From NCBI RefSeq assembly GCF_006345805.1, contig NW_021837013.1, forward strand, positions 1-21,770: a DNA stretch of 21,770 nt, written 5' to 3'. The stretch is from Octopus sinensis. Taxonomy: Eukaryota. The notes under the pieces were generated by a model. The model did no database searches. It saw nothing but the letters and a program-made list of their open reading frames with translations, and had not been told where the DNA came from. Numbering within the stretch: position 1 is the stretch's first letter; each line of letters opens with the position of its first letter. Below, piece after piece: positions 1 to 9,645 of the stretch. A program made the translations under genes and the position numbers.

Positions 1-250
1 GTGTTAAGAAGCCATAGTATAATAGCACGGCGTGGAGAAATTAGGATAAAAATTAAAATCCTGCTAAATGAAATGTCTTCTTTTTGAATCCAAGCTATCT
101 GAAAGCATAGGAATTTATTATAAGCACATCCATGTATAAGAAGGTGAACTTTCCCCTTTGAATATCTAAATAGTTTATTTGGTGTAGTTATACACGTGAA
201 CTATTGAAAGTGTTTAGTTAAAAAAAAAATTAGTTAAATAATCTGTACAA

Positions 251-355
251 CAAAATTAACTTCGGCAAAATGTGATATCAAAAACGTATAAGACAGACGA
301 CACACACGTGAAGCATTTCGGCTGGCGCGCTAAAGTTTCTGCCAGCTCACCGCCC
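251..355 (-). mobile_element. Degenerate 5' fragment of SINE family A
   Basis: Reverse complement (gggcggtgagctggcagaaactttagcgcgcc...tcgtctgtcttatacg...ttttgccgaagttaattttg) aligns with the first ~105 nt of the copy at 852-1084, with many substitutions. Confidence 0.75.
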
Positions 356-851
356 CAGAATGTAAAGATTCATTTTAGAAATATATTCTTTATACTTATT
401 GCTTAAGCGTTACTCTCTTACTTCTTTACTTACTGACATAAAATTTCGTAACATTTTACCTCATAAATCTTTTTCTACTAATTTTTCTTTAATGCGACTA
501 GCGATTCTGAATCCTCATGCCTTTTTGTAACATTTAAGCATAGGAAAAGTTATACTTTTAATAAAATTTTAAAATTTATGTTAATTGAAGATGAAAATCT
601 GCCTTACTGCCCACCCCGTGGTGGGTCGCAGATATTTTGATGTAATTTTTTTCAACTGAACCAAATTTCAAACTATTTATGTCAAAGTGTAGCTGAGGAG
701 ATGTCCTCTTTAAAACTATTAACAGTATTCAATTTAGTCGAGAACTGAATTAGTGGTGAAGCTTGGAAGCTGCTGCGATTGACGAAATGGTGGACTGAAG
801 AATATATTTAACCACTACCGTAGTTGAAAGATATGCATATATATGTGTGTG

Positions 852-1084
852 AGGGCGGCGAGTTGGCAGAAACGTTTGCACGCCGGGCGAAATGCGTAGC
901 CGTATTTCGTCTGTCGTTACGTTCCGAGTCCAAATTTCGCCGAAGTCAACTTTGCCTTTCATCCTTTCGGGGTCGATAAATTAAGTACCAGTTACGCACT
1001 GGGGGGCGATGTAATCGACTTAATCCCTTTGTCTATCCTTGTTTGTCCTCTCTGTGTTTAGCCCCTTGTGGGTAGTAAAGAAAA
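852..1084 (+). mobile_element. Full-length tRNA-derived SINE, family A (central domain resembles Meta/MESC from recall)
   Basis: A-box-like TGGCAGAAACG and degenerate B box (gagtccaaatttc; GAGTTCAAATTCC in other copies). Central gcctttcatcctttcggggtcgataaattaagtacc block. 13-bp target-site duplication ATATATGTGTGTG at 839-851 and 1085-1097. Homologous copies at 9646-10160 and 18811-19042. Confidence 0.9.
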
Positions 1085-1232
1085 ATATATGTGTGTGGGT
1101 GTGTGGGTGTGTGAGTGAGTGGGTGTGTATGAGCTTGTATGTGTGTGTGTGTGTGTGTGTTACAATTCAATTTCATTCGTTGTTCAAGCATCCGTTTGGA
1201 AGCAGAATGGTAGAATCGATTGTTCAGTTTAA

Positions 1233-1455
1233 CTCCTTAGCATTCAGATTACTCTGTCAAACGTAGTCCTTATTTATTCACATTGTTTTGAGTTAATCAT
1301 GCTTGAGTTAATCACAGCTTCGAAAGTTCAATGGTGTGACTGTTTATTTGTGGATTGACATTGGAAGGTAGGTGTGAGAGGATGGATCTCGCCACTTTTA
1401 ACATAAAGCAGGTAGAATATTTGGGTTTGATATGACCGGTTTAAATGCTAACGGG
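1233..1455. mobile_element. piggyBac-like MITE (non-autonomous, decayed)
   Basis: TTAA at 1229-1232 then ctccttagcatt; other end aatgctaacggg (1444-1455) then TGAA (degenerate TTAA). Imperfect terminal inverted repeats with a TTAA target are characteristic of piggyBac. Internal 12-bp duplication ttgagttaatca at 1288-1299 and 1303-1314. Confidence 0.75.
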
Positions 1456-1970
1456 TGAAGGAAAAGAAAGTATGTGTGTGAGAAAGAGTGAGAGGAAGAG
1501 AGGGAGTGAGGGAGAGAGAGAGAGAGTGCAAGAGAGGATTAGAGATGTGTCTGTGTGTAAGAGAGCTGTGCTCAAGTTAGAGAACTTGTTCAGACGTTAA
1601 AGTATATGTTCGAAATTTAAAGAATATTTTGGCACACTTTTATAGTTCGGCTTACAGTGAGTGAAAGTTATGATATATATTCGTTATCTTTAAAAATGTT
1701 TGAGACAATGGATTTGGTGAGCTTATGTTTAAGTTATGGACACGACAGAATCGTAATACCCATAATCTCTAACTCCTCAATAGGCATTCAGTCGACAGAT
1801 CATTAATCTACCTGCTCTCTCAGGTAAATGTGTTATATGTGTGTGCATGTGCGCGCGTGTGTGTGTGTCTTGTGCCGTGTGTCTGTTCATGTGAGACTTA
1901 ATACAAAATTGGTGAAGTGTAAATACAATTATAAGTAATTGGTCAAACGTAGGGTAAAACAGCTAGAACT

Positions 1971-1972
<2 letters not shown>

Positions 1973-2003
<31 letters not shown>

Positions 2004-2090
2004 CATATACATACATATATATACATATATATATATGTATATATGTGTATATATATGTATATATATATATGTATATATATATAGATGTTG

Positions 2091-2121
<31 letters not shown>

Positions 2122-2122
2122 T
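1973..2122. repeat. Compound (AT)n/(GT)n microsatellite
   Basis: Read directly from the sequence. Confidence 0.95.
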
Positions 2123-2425
2123 GGAAGCGCAATGGCCCAGTGTTAGGGCAGCGGACTCGCGGTCGGAGGATCGCGGTTTCGATTCCCAGACCGGGCGTTG
2201 TGTGTGTTTATTGAGCGAAAACACCTAAAAGCTCCACGATGCTCCGGCAGGGTGTGGTGATCCCTGCTGTCCTCTTTCACCACTCTTTCTCCCACTTTCT
2301 TCTGTTCGCCTGCTCGCTTAGCCAGCGGGGTGGCGTCGTTCGAAGGCTAAAACAATGCGAACGTATTGTGACCAGCGATGTGTAGCAACATCTGATGGTC
2401 TGGTCGGTCACGTGATCTCGTGATA
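2123..2425 (+). mobile_element. tRNA-derived SINE, family B (tRNA-Arg-like head; possibly an octopus OR-type SINE)
   Basis: A box TGGCCCAGTG(T)TAG at 2133-2146 and B box GGTTTCGATTCCC at 2175-2187, with a tRNA-like GACTCGCGGTC between them. GC/CpG-rich ~300-bp body ending in a gtgat/AT tail. Confidence 0.85.
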
Positions 2426-2581
2426 TATATATATGTATATATATATATAATAATAAGAGTAAATAATTTCTATAATGGTTTTAAAAAAAGACCACAATTA
2501 TTTACTGGTAGAATTCGGTATGTAAATATAGCCGATTAACGGTAGGAACTTCTGTAAAGTTCAGTATATATATTGTATATA

Positions 2582-2683
2582 AGAAAAAGGGACAGGCAAC
2601 CGGTGTGCGGTCAAGCAACCTGTTGCCTGCCCCATTTCTACTTTTTCGGTATGCGGTCAAGCAACCTGTTGCTTGTCTCTTTT

Positions 2684-2686
<3 letters not shown>
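2582..2686. repeat. 105-bp module with terminal inverted repeat and internal 46-bp-period direct repeat
   Basis: agaaaaagggacaggcaac (2582-2600) is inverted with gttgcttgtctctttttct (2668-2686), 17/19. tgcggtcaagcaacctgttgc is duplicated exactly at 2606-2626 and 2652-2672. Confidence 0.85.
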
Positions 2687-2716
<30 letters not shown>

Positions 2717-2720
<4 letters not shown>

Positions 2721-2873
2721 CGTTTTTGGCTTTAGAGTCAAGACTATTGAAAAGTTGCCAAGATGCAACGAAAATTTTAGGAAAATAAAAATAAGAAATA
2801 AGTGGAAATTTTACCGGTGGGTGTGTTACATTATAAGGCACAAAAAGAAAATGACACTCCCCAAACACAACAG
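2717..2873. mobile_element. Interspersed repeat family E, copy 1 (internally deleted)
   Basis: agagtcaagactattgaaaa...aaataagtggaaattttaccggtg...aagaaaatgac-ctccc-aaacacaac is shared with 7153-7346. The upstream atttcgtttttgg is also shared, but the ~60 nt in between are missing. Confidence 0.85.
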
Positions 2874-2876
2874 TAC

Positions 2877-2912
<36 letters not shown>

Positions 2913-2960
2913 TTACGTATACATATAAATATACATATATATGGATATATATATTACTTC

Positions 2961-3090
2961 TAGTTTTTATTTGTTTCAGTCACTTGACTGCAGCCATGCT
3001 GGGGCACAGTCTTGAAGGGGCATATTCAAACAAATCGATCCCAGCACATATTTTTACAAGCTAGTACTTATTCTATTGGTCGCTGTTGCC
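2961..3090 (-). mobile_element. 3' fragment of SINE family C (diverged)
   Basis: ttgtttcagtcacttgactgcagccatgctggggcac...aaatcgatcccag...ctagtacttattctattggtc aligns with 20489-20600. Confidence 0.8.
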
Positions 3091-4361
3091 TCCAAAGAAA
3101 ATGACCCACCGTGAAATTAGAATTATTAATCTTATAAGCTAGAAAATAAATGTTCTTTTGTCATAAATCGATGTTATTCAAATATAAATCAATCGACTCA
3201 TAATAGATTAAGATATATGAGATAACATCTGATTGTATGGGAAAAGTGAACAATTTGCCTACGGGTATCGGACAACACCCCTACAGTAGATTGGCCAGTA
3301 GATGGACATGACTTGGATGTATTTAAGCAGGTATTTTCCAAGTTGCAACGTATCACGAAGAGATGACGTCTACTATTTATATAGCTCACGGATATTTTAT
3401 AATAAAACCATTTTTAAAGACGCTAGTTGTAGTTTAAGCATCCAATTCACTGGTGCGGCAGTTGAATGGCACAGAAATAGGGGAATAAATACAAATTACA
3501 AATAATAAATAAAATGCAGAAATACAATTGACAATTTATTTATATTATAATGTAACATAATATTCTATAAAATATCATATAAGATAAGATAACATAATCA
3601 ATTTAAAAAAAACCCAAATAAAGCCAACAATTTCTTTCGAATTATATACATTATAATTAAATAATGTATAAAAAATGTATTAAAATGTATAAAAATTCAT
3701 ATCTGTGTATACAAGTCTCTTCAGGGCCTTGATTCAAATAGACAGACATATTATATTGGACAGATTCATTCTATGTCTCTGAGTCAGTATATATTCATGT
3801 TTTATTGGAGATAACATTCCTTTATTGGAGATAAGAATTAAAAAAAAATTACAGCTTCAAGAAATCTTGAAACATGAAATCTGCGCTTAATGGCAAAGGA
3901 AGCAGCCAAGTAGTTTGCTGCATTAAACAATTATACTGCATAACTTATAGTTATTAATCATCACGTGTGTACATACATATTTACACATACACTCACATAC
4001 ATGCATATATTAAATTAATTTTTGGTAATATTGTAATAAAAGACAATTTTACATTTAACTGAAGGCTTGCTCAATACATATTTTAAAGTAAAAATGCATT
4101 GTTCTTTAACAAAAATTTTATTGACAGTGACTTCGAAGTGTTGGCTAGTCTGATCATAGATTAGATGGCCGAAGCTTCGAAATTATCGCCAAAAGTATAC
4201 ATTCTTGTCAAAGAATGATATATACTATCTGGGATCTATATTCGACTTCTATTTACTGGCGTCTCATTGTTGAATATTTCTATCAAAATTCTTTTATTAC
4301 TGAGTGCTATACTGTTATCTATCAGGACTTTTAAATCCCAATTTTCTGTTAATTAAATACG

Positions 4362-4424
<63 letters not shown>

Positions 4425-4460
4425 AAAGTTTAGGTTAGTAAAAATATGTCTATTACATAT

Positions 4461-4826
4461 TTCAACTGCTAAAAGGCAAATTCACTGCAGTTACCGTAGA
4501 GAAAGTTTTTCTCTTATGGTGAAAAGGTATGAAAACACCCCATCTGTTCAGTGTCACCATCTATCTGTGTTCCCAGACATAGATGATTCTAGCTCACTGG
4601 CTTTTATCAGTGGGAAGTACCTAAGAGAGTCAACTCTGAACAGATCTTATAAAGCGATAACTTTATGTAAAATAGAGTCAAAAACATTGACTGATTAGCG
4701 CTGGTAGATCGTCAGACAGTGGAAAATACCGAAATATTAGATCCAAGCAGTGTTTAGAAAGAAGCAAAGTGTAGGTTAGTTACGATATTCTTGTGAAGTT
4801 CTTCAACTGCTAAAAGCCAAATTCAC
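4461..4826. repeat. 25-bp direct repeat flanking a 316-bp unique segment
   Basis: TTCAACTGCTAAAAG(G/C)CAAATTCAC at 4461-4485 and 4802-4826, one mismatch. Confidence 0.85.
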
Positions 4827-4830
4827 AGCT

Positions 4831-4864
4831 TAGATGGAACCTGAAAGAAGCCCGTTGTATGTAG

Positions 4865-4907
<43 letters not shown>

Positions 4908-4915
4908 ATATATAT

Positions 4916-4947
<32 letters not shown>

Positions 4948-5220
4948 GTGTGTGTGTGTGTTATGTATGTATGTATGTATGCATATATTTATGTATGTGC
5001 ATGCCTTTGCGTCTGTGCTAGTCCTCCTACAATCGCTTGACAACTGTTGTTGGTGTGATTACGTCCGTAACTTAACGGTCAGGAAAACAGACCGATAGAA
5101 TATGTACCAGGATTACAATGAATAAGTTCTGGGGTGGAATTCTTCATCTAAAACCTTTTTAAAGTGGTGCTCCAGCATGGCAGTTGTCAAATACCTAGAA
5201 CATGTTAAAGAATGAGAGAA
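4831..5220 (+). mobile_element. 5'-truncated SINE family C copy with expanded internal microsatellite
   Basis: tagatggaacctgaaagaagcccgttgtat-(AT/GT)n-atcgcttgacaac...accgatagaata...ggtgctccagcatgg...gtcaaat is the reverse complement of the family C copies at 20461-20804 and 21161-21260. Confidence 0.85.
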
Positions 5221-5252
5221 CGAAAGTAGTCTATATTATAATACACACACAC

Positions 5253-5284
<32 letters not shown>

Positions 5285-5293
5285 CATATATAT

Positions 5294-5347
<54 letters not shown>

Positions 5348-5360
5348 GTATATATATATG

Positions 5361-5430
5361 ATTAAGGGTATCAAAAATATACCCCCATGCTAGAGATAGC
5401 AGTCGAAACTTGACTCTAACCCACACCAAA
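5361..5430 (+). repeat. Diverged third copy of the arm of the 6060-6201 palindrome
   Basis: agggtatc...atgctagagatagcagtcgaaacttgactctaacc aligns with agggtatc...acgctggaaatagcagctaaaacttgactctaaaac (6071-6128). Confidence 0.75.
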
Positions 5431-5704
5431 TATTCATACAGCACCAGGAGAAAGGACAAAGAGACAAAATAAACTAGCAAAAAATTATTGGATAATTTCA
5501 GGCCTAGATTTCTAGCTCTGCATAAAGATATGCTTTGCTTCGTCAGTGAAACATACACAAGATAGCACACAGATACAAATATATATATTTACAACATACG
5601 AATACTTACATATACGTACGTATACACACGACCAGTTTAAATTGCTTGTCTAAACTCCATGTGCTATATGGTCAAAATAACACCGCAGTGAATATAATGA
5701 CGAA

Positions 5705-5924
5705 GTAAATATATAAATTTATATAAATAAGGATAAGATCGCTATTTAAAACACCGATCATATCAAATGGTCAGAATGAAACTAAAAACACTTATAGGTA
5801 ATAATGATAATTATTAAAATTACAATTACTACATGTAAGATGTTTATTCCCATGCTAGCCACTTGATATGAACGGTACTTAAAATAACGATTTTATCCTT
5901 ATTTATATGAAGTTATATATATAC
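5705..5924. repeat. Large imperfect inverted repeat (IR1)
   Basis: Core arms 5718-5778 and 5851-5911 are complementary at 50/61 positions, with a 72-bp spacer. A further direct copy of the arm lies at 6228-6285. Confidence 0.8.
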
Positions 5925-5942
5925 ATTAGAGTAAAAACACTA

Positions 5943-5944
<2 letters not shown>

Positions 5945-6010
<66 letters not shown>
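5945..6010. repeat. (TTA)n trinucleotide microsatellite
   Basis: About 22 perfect units; the source of the poly-Leu ORF. Confidence 0.95.
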
Positions 6011-6012
<2 letters not shown>

Positions 6013-6059
6013 ATATATATAAAAACTACTATTATATAAATATATATATATATAATTAT

Positions 6060-6201
6060 AATTATAATTCAGGGTATCTAAGAGATACCAACACGCTGGA
6101 AATAGCAGCTAAAACTTGACTCTAAAACCCAAATTGTAGAGTCAAGTTTTGGCTGCTTTTTCCGGCGTGGTGGTATCTCTTACATACCCTAAATTATAAT
6201 T
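6060..6201. repeat. 142-bp near-perfect palindrome (IR2)
   Basis: Arms 6060-6124 and 6137-6201 pair at 59/65 positions (two of the mismatches are G-T). 12-nt loop aaacccaaattg. Confidence 0.95.
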
Positions 6202-6678
6202 CTAATAATTTTTACTTTTGAAGGATTTTATTCTCATGCTGGCCACCTGATCAGATCGGTATTTAAACAACGATCTTATCTTTACACACACACACAAACA
6301 CACAAAAACACACACACACACACAAACAAACACACACACACACATAATACATATACATAATTCATAAAGAGTACTACAAACGTTAAGGCAAGAAAAACGT
6401 CCAATAATAATAACGTATATGACTTGAGATGTTTGTCTTGCCTTAAAGTTTGTTGTCCTCTTTAACAATTATATATCCGCTATATCGGAAATCAAAAATG
6501 GCTTTATAATTACCGTCTGGCTTTAACCTTGCAGAGCTAATAATCCGCTATAGCAATTTCCTGCAGTGTCTAGTCGTTGAGATCACCTGTGATGTAAAAC
6601 CATATAATTTGTGTATACATACATGCATATATACATATGTATATGTATATAATTATATATGTATGTATATATATATAT

Positions 6679-7030
6679 AGGTGTGCATATATCTATAATA
6701 AAAATGTATATATCTATATATAAGTATATGTATGCCTATGTATGTATATACGTATGTGTGTGTATATATATATATATAGGTGTGCATATATATATAATAT
6801 ATATGTATATATCTATATATAAGTATATGTATGCCTATGTATGTATATACGTATGTGTGTGTGTATATATATATATATAATATATATGTATATATCTATA
6901 TATAAGTATATGTATGCCTATGTATGTATATACGTATGTGTGTATATATATAGGTGTGCATATATATATAATATATATGTATATATCTATATATAAGTAT
7001 ATGTATGCCTATATATGTATATACGTATGT
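6679..7030. repeat. Higher-order minisatellite built from AT/GT microsatellite, 4 units of 83-99 bp
   Basis: Core gtatatatctatatataagtatatgtatgccta...tatacgtatgt starts at 6706, 6805, 6888 and 6979; aggtgtgcat occurs at 6679, 6778 and 6952. Confidence 0.9.
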
Positions 7031-7152
7031 ATATATATATATATATATACATATGTATATGTATACACATATATGTATATATATATTAATATATACGTAT
7101 GCATATATATATGTATAAATATGTATATGCCTTTATGTAGAAATTTATATTC

Positions 7153-7346
7153 ATTTCGTTTTTGGATTTGATTTGCAAAATTCTTTATATGAGTTCGTGT
7201 GTTGAAGCATATTCTGTTGTGTCTGGGGAGAGTCAAGACTATTGAAAATGTTGCAAAAAATAAAAATAAGAAATAAGTGGAAATTTTACCGGTGAGTGTA
7301 TTACATTATTAGGCACAAGAAGAAAATGACTCTCCCAAGACACAAC
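7153..7346. mobile_element. Interspersed repeat family E, copy 2, with 20-bp internal inverted repeat
   Basis: gttgtgtctggggagagtca (7216-7235) is inverted with tgactctcccaagacacaac (7327-7346), 19/20. Homology to copy 1 extends upstream of the left arm. Confidence 0.85.
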
Positions 7347-7387
7347 TTTATAGTCATTCATATATATATATATATATATATATATAC

Positions 7388-7975
7388 ATTCATAAATGAG
7401 GGTGAAAAATTAGATATTAATTTAATAATACCATCAGTTTAACACCAAGTGGCCTAGCACATAAAAAACCAAGGAGACAATACTAATTTATACGTAAATA
7501 TAAGGGAGTTACCGTTAAGTGGTTAACCCTAGTGCTAGAAATAGCTCCTTATTCTGGTATAGCCACCGAAGTTGTTTCCACAAAAGAAATAACATTACCT
7601 TCAACGTATGGAAAGCGAAATACAACGAAAGGATAATTTAATGCTGAACAATTGTTTCTTTATCAACATAATATGCAATTCTACTCACATATTTATCTAT
7701 AAATCATCAGCAGTATTTGTTTTCGATACAATTTATTAGACCCACACGGGCGATAAATACCCATGCGGTCCAATCGATTGCATACATAGTTGTAATTTAG
7801 CTTCCTCACCAAAAAGCATGGTAAGACTTAGTGGAAACGAGTACTGCCCTCAATATTTAGTGCAGTATATTAAATTTATAAATTCATAAATGAGGGTGAA
7901 AAATTAGATATTAATTTAATAATACCATCAGTTTAACACCAAGTGGCCTAGCACATAAAAAACCAGGGAGACAAT
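7388..7975. repeat. 94-bp direct repeat (494-bp period) enclosing a 400-bp core
   Basis: attcataaatgagggtgaaaaattag...ggagacaat at 7388-7481 and 7882-7975, one mismatch. Confidence 0.95.
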
Positions 7976-8138
7976 TACAGAAAACTAGTGTCTATGGATT
8001 GCAAACAAAAAACAATGCATTAACAATAATAATTGCATATAATAATTTTCTACATCATATAATGCTGTATTGATGGCGAGTCGCCTGTAAACCAACCAAC
8101 TCGGCTGGAATAGGATTATACTGATACGAGTTATACGG

Positions 8139-8189
<51 letters not shown>

Positions 8190-8242
8190 TACTACCACTA
8201 ATACTACTACTACCACTACTACTACTACTACTGTTACTACTA
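8139..8242. repeat. (CTA)n microsatellite
   Basis: Read directly from the sequence. Confidence 0.95.
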
Positions 8243-8339
8243 TGCCAACACCTGTAGGCTGCGAACCAGTTTCAGCCGTTGTATATAATCGGATGTAAAA
8301 GCAGGTGTGGTTTTGTTGAAATAATATATTACAATGTTA

Positions 8340-8389
8340 CACACACACACACACACATATATAATATATAATGTAATACATATGCGCAT

Positions 8390-8425
<36 letters not shown>

Positions 8426-8482
8426 CATATTTATATATATATGTATATTTACACACATATATATAATGTAATGTATATGCGC

Positions 8483-8523
<41 letters not shown>

Positions 8524-8670
8524 AACATATTTATATATATATATACATATATACACACACACATATTTATATATATATACATATATATATACACACATAT
8601 TTATATATATACATATATATACACACACATATTTATATATATATATATATGTGCGAGTGTGTATGTGTAA
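8340..8670. repeat. Compound (AC)/(AT) microsatellite with higher-order units
   Basis: atatatataatgtaat...atatgcgc recurs at a ~100-bp period, and acacacatatttatatatat recurs several times. Confidence 0.9.
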
Positions 8671-9252
8671 GTGTGCGTGTGTATTTACGAAGTGGAAGCC
8701 ATTACACATAGAGTATCAGATTACAAGAGCGCAATTTTTTTTAGTTTCTGGAACGTTTGCTGCTAGTAAAAATTATGTACTCTATTAAACAATATATATT
8801 GCAGTCAATGAAAATGGACTTTGAACTGGTTTAGTATTAATGATAACTATTATTTAAGCATTATGAATATTTTCGCATTATGGAAGTCGTCAGCAAATAT
8901 AAATATCGCAAATTCCTAACATATTACTCAATATATTTGAATTAATTTTCATCAACCAAGCAGGAAATTCGATGATATTTTCAGATATGTTTCTAATTTA
9001 TATATCATTTCCTAATTAGTTTCAGTTTGTCAATCAATATTCAAGGAACAAGGCAGGAATTCCAAAATTCCGTTGTGTGTATCAATGATAAACAAACGTT
9101 GATAGATGTTCCTGTATCAATGAGCACTATCTCCAACATCCAATCAACCAATATCGATCCACCTATTACCGCTTCCCATACCATAGCTTTACATTCTTTA
9201 TCTTGAGTCTTCTTCTACTCCCCCCCACTCATTGATTTCCACTTAATTTGAT

Positions 9253-9645
9253 TTCTTCTTCTTCTTCTCCTTCTTCTTCTTCTTCTTCTTTTTCTTCTCT
9301 TCTTCTTCTTCTCTTCTTCTTCTTCTTCTCTTCCCCCTTCTTCTTCTCTTCCCCTTCTCCCTCTTCTCCTCCTCCTCCTTCTTCTTCTTCTTTTCCTCCT
9401 TCTTCTTCTCTTCCTCCTCCTTCTTCTTCTCTTCCTTCTCCTCCTTCTTCTCCCCTCATCCTTCTTTTTCTCCTCCTCCTCTTTCTACTTCTCTTCCTCC
9501 TTGTTCTCCTCTCCTTCTTCTTCTCCTTCTTCGTCTTCTTCTTCTTCTTCTTCTTCTTCTTCTTCTCTCCTCCTTCTCCGCATTCTTCTCCTCCTTTTCT
9601 CTCTTCTTCTCCTTCTTTTCCTTCTTCTTCTTCTTCTTCTTCTTC
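9253..9645. repeat. ~390-bp (CTT/CCT)n polypyrimidine-polypurine tract
   Basis: Almost purely C/T on the + strand; the source of the poly-E/K/R and poly-S/F ORFs. Confidence 0.95.

Noticed and set aside
610-625. GC hairpin cccacc-ccgt-ggtggg, like a Helitron 3' hairpin or a terminator
   Set aside because: No CTRR end follows, and bacterial-type terminators are irrelevant in this eukaryotic context.
2123-2195. tRNA gene calls at the SINE heads (also 852, 13786, 20804, 21598)
   Set aside because: They lack a full cloverleaf/acceptor stem and continue into repeat bodies, so they are SINE heads rather than tRNA genes.
7388-7975. CRISPR-like or LTR/TRIM interpretation of the direct repeats
   Set aside because: Only two repeats with no regular spacers and no cas genes; no TG..CA ends, PBS or PPT.
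9028-9205. ATG-less open frame LSINIQGTRQEFQNS... resembling an APE N-terminus
   Set aside because: Only a 6-residue resemblance, and the following catalytic-Glu motif is absent.
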